Origin: Kagunavirus LM08P2
Sequence record: OZ035738.1
Length of the DNA stretch: 42,999 bases
Direction: 5' to 3' (one strand)
In this document: positions 36,456 to 42,999 of the stretch, piece by piece
How the letters are laid out: every line of letters begins with the position of its first letter
Position numbering within the stretch: position 1 is the first letter of the stretch
Notes under the pieces: model-generated
Told to the model about the DNA's origin: nothing
What the model saw: the letters and a program-made list of their open reading frames with translations, nothing else
The model's database searches: none
Translations under genes and position numbers: made by a program

Positions 36456-36644
36456 ATGTTTAAACGTGGTCAGTTGGTTAAAGCTGTAAATAGCAATTAT
36501 TTCATTGTTGAAAGCGAGTCTGCAGTTTTTCCGGGGGCTTATAGGGTAAGTTTTCTCGGGGAAAGATTAGGAGCAATAACCTGGTTCCGTGGAGATGAGC
36601 TAACACTCATCGGCAACAATTTTAAATTCAAAGGGGCGAAGTGA
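36456..36644 (+). CDS. Hypothetical early protein
   Basis: ATG with SD GAGGAG (track start 36447 is GTG). Confidence 0.4.
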   Translation: MFKRGQLVKAVNSNYFIVESESAVFPGAYRVSFLGERLGAITWFRGDELTLIGNNFKFKGAK

Positions 36645-36898
36645 TGGAAGAATTAATTTGTATTGAATCCAGCCAGGATGTGCAGGATTGGTTTGTTAAA
36701 GGTAACAGATATTCGTCCGGAGTATATTCCGACGGCCGTCGATATGTTTTAGACGAAGACGGTGATGAATGGGATTTAAATGACGATGTAAGAGAAACTT
36801 TAACCGTTAGCAGGGTCAATGCTGTTTCTGCCTCATTCACAACGGCATCGAATCATGATGCTCGTGCCGACGACTCTGAGGGAGGTTGCCGTGAATAA
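36644..36898 (+). CDS. Acidic hypothetical protein
   Basis: 84 aa, Asp/Glu-rich; TGATG overlap coupling. Confidence 0.4.
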   Translation: MEELICIESSQDVQDWFVKGNRYSSGVYSDGRRYVLDEDGDEWDLNDDVRETLTVSRVNAVSASFTTASNHDARADDSEGGCRE

Positions 36899-36946
36899 TT
36901 ACCCGTTTATTTTAATAGTCAGCGCCGTTTATGTGGTGCATGCGTT

Positions 36947-37180
36947 ATGGGGGCTGGTATGAGAAAACACATAATAAAGGTAGACCATCTGGACGGAGTT
37001 AAATTGCCGACGAATAAAGTAGAAACGTGGTGTGGGGCCACTCCATCGTACGGTGAATGGCTGTTCCAGGATGCTCAACACGCCTTAATTGCTGTAGAAA
37101 ACGGATTCAGGCAAGAGCCTTGCGCACAGTGTTTATCCGCTATCGCCCAGATCGCAACTCAGGCGTTAAGTGAGGACTAA
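36947..37180 (+). CDS. Hypothetical protein
   Basis: 77-aa ORF; alternative start ATG 36959. Confidence 0.35.
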   Translation: MGAGMRKHIIKVDHLDGVKLPTNKVETWCGATPSYGEWLFQDAQHALIAVENGFRQEPCAQCLSAIAQIATQALSED

Positions 37181-37183
37181 GTT

Positions 37184-37327
37184 ATGAGAGAAGCATTCGA
37201 ACGGTGGGCCGTCGTCGAGGGTCTGCCGGTTAACAAGGGTTCGAAGAAAGAGTACCTGAACGTTAAGACGCGTCTCGCGTGGCGGGCGTGGAAAGCTGGT
37301 GTGTTGTTTATCGCGAATCGGAGGTGA
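37184..37327 (+). CDS. Small hypothetical protein (47 aa)
   Basis: Hand-translated MREAFERWAVVEGLPVNKGSKKEYLNVKTRLAWRAWKAGVLFIANRR; SD GAGGAC. Confidence 0.35.
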   Translation: MREAFERWAVVEGLPVNKGSKKEYLNVKTRLAWRAWKAGVLFIANRR

Positions 37328-37330
37328 TTT

Positions 37331-37516
37331 ATGGGTGAGTGGATTAAGTGTAGTGAGCGGATGCCTGAGCCTTATGAATACGTTCTTGTAACTGATTGTT
37401 TTGTTGGCTGTGAGGTTATGCGTGTTAATTCAGATGGCTACTGGGGGCCTGCAAAGAGTTTATATCACGGTGATATAACGCACTGGATGCCGTTACCTGA
37501 GCCGCCGGAGGTGTGA
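37331..37516 (+). CDS. DUF551-like protein
   Basis: 61 aa; EWIKCSERMPE...VLV...ITHWMPLPEPP matches the DUF551 pattern common in enterobacterial phages. Confidence 0.6.
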   Translation: MGEWIKCSERMPEPYEYVLVTDCFVGCEVMRVNSDGYWGPAKSLYHGDITHWMPLPEPPEV

Positions 37517-37650
37517 TGTTCAATAGTTTGGGATTTTACTGAGTGACTTACGCTGCTACACAGCAGCGTACAACTTTAGATTAGTGTCGTCAAAAAGCGA
37601 CACTTCCACCAAACGAAACAATAGGAGCGACTATTGCAGGAGACGCAACA

Positions 37651-37821
37651 ATGAAACTGAATGACATCGTAACCTGGACTGGTAGAAACGGAGAAAAGCG
37701 ATTCGGGCTTATTGTTGCGTCAGACGGCAACAAGTACCGTGTTATGCGATGGCGTCAGTGGGCACGACGCCCGAGGTACTACTGGATTCGTGGCGAACGA
37801 TTATCTTTAAAACACCAATAA
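37651..37821 (+). CDS. Small hypothetical protein (56 aa)
   Basis: Hand-translated ORF with SD GCAGGAG. Confidence 0.35.
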   Translation: MKLNDIVTWTGRNGEKRFGLIVASDGNKYRVMRWRQWARRPRYYWIRGERLSLKHQ

Positions 37822-37828
37822 AATTTAC

Positions 37829-37857
37829 TTGCACACACAGATATAATAGACTACTAT
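37829..37857 (+). promoter_or_regulatory. Sigma70-like promoter, family 2
   Basis: TTGCACACACAGATATAATAGACTACTAT upstream of 37887 gene. Confidence 0.5.
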
Positions 37858-37886
37858 TCAGTTATCGAAACGAGAGGAGAGAGAAG

Positions 37887-38024
37887 ATGGGCTGGTACGG
37901 TAGCTGGGCATTAGGTGAACTGGTAGACGCTTACGAAATAATGGGTAGCACTTCGGTATGCGACGGTGACACTAAATCGCTGCTAGTCGGGGTCGATGAG
38001 AAAAGGGGTGAAGACGATGAATAA
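37887..38024 (+). CDS. Small hypothetical protein (45 aa)
   Basis: ATG with strong SD AGAGGAGAGAGAAG; the track ORF 37749-38024 is the same frame with an unlikely upstream extension. Confidence 0.4.
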   Translation: MGWYGSWALGELVDAYEIMGSTSVCDGDTKSLLVGVDEKRGEDDE

Positions 38025-38172
38025 TTTCGTGGTGCAAGCAATGTACGCTGAGGAAATGGCAAAAAGTATGTTAGAGCAAACATTACATTTCGCTAAGCTG
38101 CAAGGGTTCGACGTACAGACAGTAGGCGACGAAATAGTATTGACCGAGAAGTCGGAGAACGGTGATGAGTAA
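38017..38172 (+). CDS. Small hypothetical protein (51 aa)
   Basis: Hand-translated ORF overlapping neighbours. Confidence 0.3.
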   Translation: MNNFVVQAMYAEEMAKSMLEQTLHFAKLQGFDVQTVGDEIVLTEKSENGDE

Positions 38173-38638
38173 CAACGACGCAGTAATCGAGTTCCTGCTT
38201 AACCAACTACGGCAGCAGTTAACTAACAACCCATACAAGCAACAGTGCGAAGACCTGGCCCATGAGGTGCAGTCACTTAAGAATCAGTTACGTGATATGT
38301 CGGAGCTGGTGGACGAGCTACTCGGGACAATAACGCTAATGAACGGGGATGTAGAGGCGTACAAAGTTCTACGCAAAGGTGGGTACGTTAATGGGGGTCA
38401 GCGATACGTAGTAGGAGAACACGGACCTGAGCAATCTGGTTGCCGTAAGGAAGACGTTCAGGAATGCGTGCACGAGTGGGCGCTTGATGAAAAAGGTGAC
38501 TACTTCGTTTGCACTAAATGCGGTAAGCAAGAGGCGGAATTGAACGATTGCCAACACACTAATACCGTTGGTTTGCGTAAGGGTTTTGCGCCGGGGTTTA
38601 CTATAAAGTGCCTGGATTGCGGGGCTAAACTGAGATGA
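38165..38638 (+). CDS. Zinc-ribbon protein with N-terminal coiled coil
   Basis: Cys pairs CTKCG and CLDCG plus CVHEW/CQH in C-terminal half; ATG 38165 (track start 38162 is GTG). Confidence 0.45.
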   Translation: MSNNDAVIEFLLNQLRQQLTNNPYKQQCEDLAHEVQSLKNQLRDMSELVDELLGTITLMNGDVEAYKVLRKGGYVNGGQRYVVGEHGPEQSGCRKEDVQECVHEWALDEKGDYFVCTKCGKQEAELNDCQHTNTVGLRKGFAPGFTIKCLDCGAKLR

Positions 38639-38838
38639 CCAGCATCCTCTTTATCTGGGTATTGTCCGCAGGCCAGATGCACCTGGCGGCCTCAGAAACG
38701 TTTTACTCGATGGAGGCGTGCCAGTCAGCGGCACGCGCCGCAGAGAACGCGCACTTCCTGTTTCAGGGCGACAAGCCAAACGATTCGGAGGTACGTGCTA
38801 TCTGCTCACCTAAGCGACTTGGTAAACAGGAGAAATAA
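38635..38838 (+). CDS. Small protein with signal-peptide-like N-terminus
   Basis: 67 aa; MTSILFIWVLSAGQMHLAAS hydrophobic N-terminus. Confidence 0.4.
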   Translation: MTSILFIWVLSAGQMHLAASETFYSMEACQSAARAAENAHFLFQGDKPNDSEVRAICSPKRLGKQEK

Positions 38839-39131
38839 TGTCTCTGGCAACTGACATCCTGAAACGAAGCGGCCTTGCGCCGCTGTCGCCGAGAGCGAAC
38901 ACCCGGATGCACAAGCGCCGAGGTAACGCGCTGTACCCCGAGATTCAGGCCAGACGCAAAGCTGTCCGCGCCTGCGGATTCCAGAACGGGAAGGCCGTGA
39001 ATCTCGGTGAGTTTAAAACACAGGAACGCGCAGCTATCGCTAATCGGCTATTTAATTACTGGAAATCGCTGGGGTACGATGATATTCCGACGAAACCGCA
39101 GAGACGGCAATACATCTGGAGACACAAATAA
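38838..39131 (+). CDS. Hypothetical basic protein
   Basis: 97-aa ORF with SD CAGGAGA. Confidence 0.4.
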   Translation: MSLATDILKRSGLAPLSPRANTRMHKRRGNALYPEIQARRKAVRACGFQNGKAVNLGEFKTQERAAIANRLFNYWKSLGYDDIPTKPQRRQYIWRHK

Positions 39132-39206
39132 ACCGTTATTAGGATAATTCCTACCCGTGGTATCCTCCAGTTACTGCATACTTAATACGCACCTGGAGGA
39201 TTCATC

Positions 39207-39515
39207 TTGGATAAATTTACTGAAACAGTGACGGGCTGGCTTCTCGCTGCCGCACTCGCCGGAGGGGTCATCGGACTACGACAACATAAGTCCGTTATTT
39301 CTGGCCCTATCGACGGCTTCTGCTTCATCGCTACTGGTTTCGCCTGCGCCGTATTTGGCGCCCCTCTTGCAGCTCAATGGTTCGGTATCACGGGCGACCG
39401 TGAAATCGCTGGCCTGGGCTTTATCATCGCTATTCTCTGGATGCCTATCTATTCCCGCCTCTCCGGTATCGTCGCCGGGGAATACATCTCACGTCGAGGA
39501 GGCCCGGATGAATGA
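39207..39515 (+). CDS. Holin (three predicted TMDs)
   Basis: 102 aa with three hydrophobic segments; TTG start 6 nt after SD GGAGGA; immediately upstream of endolysin. Confidence 0.5.
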   Translation: MDKFTETVTGWLLAAALAGGVIGLRQHKSVISGPIDGFCFIATGFACAVFGAPLAAQWFGITGDREIAGLGFIIAILWMPIYSRLSGIVAGEYISRRGGPDE

Positions 39516-39780
39516 GCTATTCTGGTTCGCCGTAATGTTGGCAATCGGGGGCGCATCGCTGTTTAATGTGTATCACCCCTGCGTGGACGACGGATTATTT
39601 GGTCGGGTGCTCTATATCCTGACTGCTATCGTCTGCGCTGCCGGATGCATCCACCTGTTACATGGCAGCATGTCGCCAACGCTGCCTGAGACATTAATCA
39701 CATTAGTCGCGCTGCGCCAGATTCGTCAGGCGTGGCTGTCATACGGAGGGCATAAGCGTGTCTCGAAACATTTCAGATAA
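39508..39780 (+). CDS. Second small membrane protein of lysis cassette (holin/antiholin-like)
   Basis: ATG 39508 with SD GGAGG; two hydrophobic helices; between holin and endolysin. Confidence 0.4.
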   Translation: MNELFWFAVMLAIGGASLFNVYHPCVDDGLFGRVLYILTAIVCAAGCIHLLHGSMSPTLPETLITLVALRQIRQAWLSYGGHKRVSKHFR

Positions 39781-40243
39781 TGGATTGCATTTCACCGCTG
39801 CGTTCGAGGGATTCCGCGGAACTGCGTACCGCGCTACACCGAATGAGAAGTACCTGACTATTGGGTACGGAAGCTATGGCCCGCATGTTAAGGCTGGACA
39901 GACCATCACACCAGGACAGGGCTTGCTGTTACTGAATCGCGATATGGCTAAGGCTGTAGCTGCGGTTGATGCAGCGGCACACCATTCATTAACACAGGCG
40001 CAGTTCGATGCAGTGTGTGACCTGGTGTATAACGCGGGCGCCGGCGTGATTGCGGCTACTACAGGCACGGGTAAGGCCCTGCGTTCCGGTGATATTCCGA
40101 CGCTGCGGGCTAAGCTGACGCTGTTCATCAACCAGAACGGCAAACCGTTACTCGGCCTGCGTCGCCGTACCGCAGGCCGCCTGGCGCTGTTCGATGGTAA
40201 GCCGTGGCAAGAGGCTGAGGCTATCGGGAGGGCTGTTAAATGA
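39758..40243 (+). CDS. Endolysin, GH24 lysozyme (T4/lambda R-like)
   Basis: 161 aa; N-terminal LHFTAAFEGFRGTAYRATPNEKYLTIGYG matches the phage lysozyme catalytic region; probable GTG start. Confidence 0.75.
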   Translation: MSRNISDNGLHFTAAFEGFRGTAYRATPNEKYLTIGYGSYGPHVKAGQTITPGQGLLLLNRDMAKAVAAVDAAAHHSLTQAQFDAVCDLVYNAGAGVIAATTGTGKALRSGDIPTLRAKLTLFINQNGKPLLGLRRRTAGRLALFDGKPWQEAEAIGRAVK

Positions 40244-40371
40244 TGGACGAATATGAAGGCGTTTAGTAAACTTATCCCTACGCTGTTTGTGCTTGCATAC
40301 TAAGCCCCGGTAAACCCGAAGCAGCAGCCCAAGCGGTGGAGACTGCGTAGGGTTCAGGGGCTTATGACCGA

Positions 40372-40401
40372 AACCCGGACCGCGAATCCGGGTTTTATTT
40401 T
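40372..40401 (+). terminator. Intrinsic terminator after lysis cassette
   Basis: CCCGGA-CCGCGAA-TCCGGG followed by TTTTATTTT. Confidence 0.6.
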
Positions 40402-40476
40402 ACCAATTGACACCTAAGACTAATCCGACGATACTTAAATCACCTCCTGTTCCATCCCTCTGCTCTCCAGTTTTAT

Positions 40477-40506
40477 CCCGGCCCTGGCCCAGCCGGGATT
40501 TTTTTA
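40477..40506 (+). terminator. Second intrinsic terminator
   Basis: CCCGGC-CCTGGCCCA-GCCGGG followed by ATTTTTTTAT. Confidence 0.6.
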
Positions 40507-40527
40507 TCTGTTTTCCACAATGACTAG

Positions 40528-40556
40528 TTGACTATTACCATCGACCCTATTATATT
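40528..40556 (+). promoter_or_regulatory. Sigma70-like promoter TTGACT-N17-TATATT
   Basis: TTGACTATTACCATCGACCCTATTATATT, 30 nt upstream of the 40590 gene. Confidence 0.45.
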
Positions 40557-40589
40557 TACTCCATCGACAACGAGAACGGAGTATAGAAG

Positions 40590-40739
40590 ATGAAAATCAC
40601 AGATATCGAAGCATTCAAAGACGCACAACTGATGGCACGTATCGCCGTTAGTAACCTTAGTAGCAGTATCCCCGCTGACGCGTTCTGGTTCGCAGCGATG
40701 CAGACCCTGAAAGCAGCTTATGCAGGAGAGAAGAAATGA
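40590..40739 (+). CDS. Small hypothetical protein (49 aa)
   Basis: Hand-translated; SD GGAGTATAGAAG upstream. Confidence 0.35.
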   Translation: MKITDIEAFKDAQLMARIAVSNLSSSIPADAFWFAAMQTLKAAYAGEKK

Positions 40740-40894
40740 GCGAACAAGGTCAGGTAAGCCAACCGTTACGAGTAGGCCGTAAAGTCAGTCACACCCCGTT
40801 CCCTACACGCGAGGAACTGATAAAACGTAACAGTTTCCCTGGGCCGGACAAGAACAAGTATCTCAATCGCATGTGGGGAGAGCGTAAAGAATGA
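40736..40894 (+). CDS. Small hypothetical protein (52 aa)
   Basis: Hand-translated; ATGA coupling. Confidence 0.35.
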   Translation: MSEQGQVSQPLRVGRKVSHTPFPTREELIKRNSFPGPDKNKYLNRMWGERKE

Positions 40895-41064
40895 CTAACA
40901 ACGAATACGAGAAACTTAGCGTAGAAGCGGCGACCGGTGAATCTGAAATAGCGTGGATTGACGCCAACATCGAGCACTACCTACGGCAAGTAGACATCCT
41001 TATGGAACGCCGCCGCGAACTGATTAACCGCTTCAACCTGAACAAAGGTGACGCCAATGCCTAA
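40891..41064 (+). CDS. Small hypothetical protein (57 aa)
   Basis: Hand-translated; ATGA coupling. Confidence 0.35.
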   Translation: MTNNEYEKLSVEAATGESEIAWIDANIEHYLRQVDILMERRRELINRFNLNKGDANA

Positions 41065-41296
41065 AATCACAATCGCATCACCCGAGCGTCGTATTCTGGT
41101 GCTTGAGTCAGGGAAACAGACGTTAGGCGGGCAACTGTCAATTAATGGTGAGTTTCAACTGGAGGCGTTTAAGTTGTTGCTTGATAAGTTGAAAGCGGAC
41201 GAAAAGCCTTGCGAGCACGATTACTACCTACATGTGGTTGGTGGATTACATCGGGCCACGTGCATCAAATGCGGTAAAGCGTATGGAGTCGCCTAA
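41057..41296 (+). CDS. Hypothetical protein with Cys/His cluster
   Basis: ATG 41057 (track start 41048 is GTG); C-terminal CEHDYYLHVVGGLHRATCIKCG suggests metal binding. Confidence 0.4.
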   Translation: MPKITIASPERRILVLESGKQTLGGQLSINGEFQLEAFKLLLDKLKADEKPCEHDYYLHVVGGLHRATCIKCGKAYGVA

Positions 41297-41465
41297 GCCG
41301 GTAGTTATTGAGGGCGTCCTGTGGAAACCTTACTCGGTTAACCACATCGACGCCGACGGGAAGAAGTTCAGCTTCTACATTTTTGCAATTAGCCGGGAGC
41401 ACGCCGCTTGTGTGGTTGACGATATACGAGAAACGGCGTGGCTCGGTGATGAGATAGTGGGGTGA
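41283..41465 (+). CDS. Hypothetical protein
   Basis: ATG 41283 within track ORF 41232-41465. Confidence 0.35.
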   Translation: MESPKPVVIEGVLWKPYSVNHIDADGKKFSFYIFAISREHAACVVDDIRETAWLGDEIVG

Positions 41466-41469
41466 GAGT

Positions 41470-41553
41470 ATGAGTCTAGAGGTGGTTATCAGTCTGGTTG
41501 GTCTTAGTTACTTCATTGGGCTGTTAGTCGGGTTTCTGTGGGGTAGATACTAA
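41470..41553 (+). CDS. Hydrophobic micro-protein (27 aa)
   Basis: Hand-translated MSLEVVISLVGLSYFIGLLVGFLWGRY; SD GGTGAGAG; overlaps next gene start. Confidence 0.3.
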   Translation: MSLEVVISLVGLSYFIGLLVGFLWGRY

Positions 41554-41834
41554 TGGCGCGTACCGTTGCCGCAAGATTCACAGATATTGAGTCTGCGATA
41601 GAAGAAGCTGTTTATAGCAAATTCTGTAACCCCTCTGCGACACATAACTACGGGGTTATCATTAAATACGGCAAGTTTGAAATCAGGAGAGTGCGTGCCG
41701 GCCGTCCGCACGAGTTTTTATGGACAACAGAAAGCCTCATCCCGCGGTGCCACATTTACACAAGCGGTGCACATACGATTTTTGTGGACATCACTAAGAA
41801 AGACATTACTGTCACTAAAGGAGAGACAAATTGA
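41553..41834 (+). CDS. Hypothetical protein
   Basis: 93-aa ORF. Confidence 0.4.
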   Translation: MARTVAARFTDIESAIEEAVYSKFCNPSATHNYGVIIKYGKFEIRRVRAGRPHEFLWTTESLIPRCHIYTSGAHTIFVDITKKDITVTKGETN

Positions 41835-42067
41835 TTACCAGCATCCCTAAACTGATTGAAGAGTACGGAAGTATGTCGGAGACTTGCCGACAAACCGGTA
41901 TCTGCGAGATGACGATTGCCAAGTACAGCAAAGACGTGAACTGCGAGCGCCACGTAATTTATAACAATCGTCTGATGACGCATGTTAAGACAAGCCCGGT
42001 ATTATTCACGCGCCGTGGTATCACTAAAACAGAGCAACGCGTTGCTAGAGAGGAGAGTGGGGGATGA
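41831..42067 (+). CDS. Putative DNA-binding protein
   Basis: TTG start after SD AAAGGAGAG; SETCRQTGICEMTIAKYSKD resembles an HTH. Confidence 0.4.
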   Translation: MITSIPKLIEEYGSMSETCRQTGICEMTIAKYSKDVNCERHVIYNNRLMTHVKTSPVLFTRRGITKTEQRVAREESGG

Positions 42068-42264
42068 GCGAAAAACTATTGTTACTTATGCTGCATACGC
42101 TTCTTGACGACAACGGGCAGGTGGTATTCCAGTTTATCGGGCGCGATGACCTCCTAATCGACGTCTCTGATGGAACATTTGCTATTGGCGACGAGTTTGT
42201 AGAAAGAGGGGATGCGTTCCAGTATCTAAGCGATAATTACGACGTACTGGTAGATATTTGCTGA
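42064..42264 (+). CDS. Highly acidic small protein
   Basis: 66 aa with many Asp/Glu and no basic cluster. Confidence 0.4.
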   Translation: MSEKLLLLMLHTLLDDNGQVVFQFIGRDDLLIDVSDGTFAIGDEFVERGDAFQYLSDNYDVLVDIC

Positions 42265-42369
42265 TGAGACTACTAATCATCCCTAACGCCTGGACCATTC
42301 CCGTAGCTAACGACCATTACGGCGGTGATGGTAAAAGAGCACCACGACACGGCCTATACAACTGATACA

Positions 42370-42393
42370 AGCCCTCTACGGAGGGCTTTTCTG
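42370..42393 (+). terminator. Intrinsic terminator
   Basis: AGCCCTC-TACG-GAGGGCT followed by TTTTCTG. Confidence 0.6.
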
Positions 42394-42486
42394 TACATCC
42401 CTCCCAATCCCCCTATATAATCCCTTTAGACGCGTAGGGCGCGTCTGGTGCGCTCTGATGGTCAGACGCATATGCAAGGGGATTCT

Positions 42487-42999
42487 ATGAAGCTGAAACT
42501 CAAGCGGCCATCGCCAGAGGTGGTGCAAGCTGCACATGAAGAAGCTGTTAGCGCAAACCGTCGCCGTAAACGACCGCGCGGTAAACAGAGCCTTTATCAA
42601 TCATCCCGTAATTCCGCTGCGTTGTGGGACCCGGACTATTGCGACGAGTTAATCGAGTTCTTCGACCGCACGTCGTGGGAGCTTGTGCCAACGTCTAAGG
42701 GTGATGAACGTCCTCTTATTCAGGATAAGCCCCCGTCACTGGCTCGCTTCGCCTTACACATCGGCGTTACTATCCCGATTATTAAGCTGTGGCTGCGCGA
42801 GATTCCCGCATTTGCAGAAGCCTGGGAGACCGCCCAGGCACTGGAAGAGGCATACTTCACTGAGACGGGAGCGGCTGGCATCTCCGCTACGTTTGCTGCC
42901 GCGAAACTTGGACTTGGCAAAGAGAAACCGGTTGAGTCCACCGAAGAAACGGCACCGACCGAGATTATTTTCAGTGTCGCAGAGCCTGTAGGTAAAATC
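42487..42999 (+). CDS. Terminase small subunit (putative), 3' end beyond window
   Basis: ATG 42487 with SD AAGGGGA; open to the last base with no stop; contains HTH-like SLARFALHIGVTIPIIKLWLREIP; if the window is circularly joined the frame stops at positions 31-33, overlapping terL ATG. Confidence 0.5.
   Translation, partial: MKLKLKRPSPEVVQAAHEEAVSANRRRKRPRGKQSLYQSSRNSAALWDPDYCDELIEFFDRTSWELVPTSKGDERPLIQDKPPSLARFALHIGVTIPIIKLWLREIPAFAEAWETAQALEEAYFTETGAAGISATFAAAKLGLGKEKPVESTEETAPTEIIFSVAEPVGKI

Noticed and set aside
37749-37886. N-terminal extension of the track ORF 37749-38024
   Set aside because: Overlaps the 37651-37821 gene and a family 2 promoter; strong SD precedes internal ATG 37887, so only 37887-38024 is called
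40438-40449. AATCACCTCCTG resembling the 16S rRNA anti-Shine-Dalgarno tail in a short terminator-bounded interval
   Set aside because: An 8-mer match is expected about once by chance in a genome this size; no minus-strand start codon follows the complementary SD
1-42999. Lysogeny module, tRNA genes, CRISPR array
   Set aside because: No integrase/recombinase-like ORF, no tRNA-like T-arm/acceptor patterns and no regularly spaced direct repeats found by eye; the XRE regulator alone does not indicate a temperate lifestyle

Overview
The window reads as an essentially complete tailed dsDNA phage genome of about 43 kb with a siphovirus-like layout, not a host chromosome segment. Plus strand 30-23802 is the morphogenesis module: large terminase, portal, Mu-F-like head protein, two Ig-like proteins, an i-/o-spanin pair, scaffold, major capsid, neck proteins, major tail protein, tail chaperones, tape measure, tail tip proteins and a tailspike. 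Minus strand 23831-35976 is the DNA-metabolism module: SNF2-type helicase, compact C5 cytosine methyltransferase, VRR-NUC nuclease, family A DNA polymerase, SSB-like protein, Cas4/RecB-like exonuclease and a primase-helicase, ending with an HTH gene beside a divergent control region. Plus strand 36456-42264 carries many small early-type genes (DUF551, zinc-ribbon and acidic proteins), holin and GH24 endolysin. A small-terminase-like gene starts at 42487 and runs off the window end in frame with the window start, so the sequence looks circularly contiguous. I found no tRNA, rRNA, CRISPR array, integrase or transposase. Most notable: (1) a duplicated promoter-proximal structured noncoding element (4744-4978 and 36084-36353) with compensatory hairpin changes, each ending in a terminator; (2) a four-gene minus-strand cassette inside the tail module (11764-13818) encoding a secreted protein, an HTH-fused metallophosphoesterase and a membrane protein with an in-frame 9-bp tandem repeat; (3) two recurring promoter families and an operator-like 10-bp inverted repeat in the early control region. 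All coordinates for hand-derived small genes and motifs come from manual reading and need computational confirmation; functional calls are from motif recognition, not database searches.
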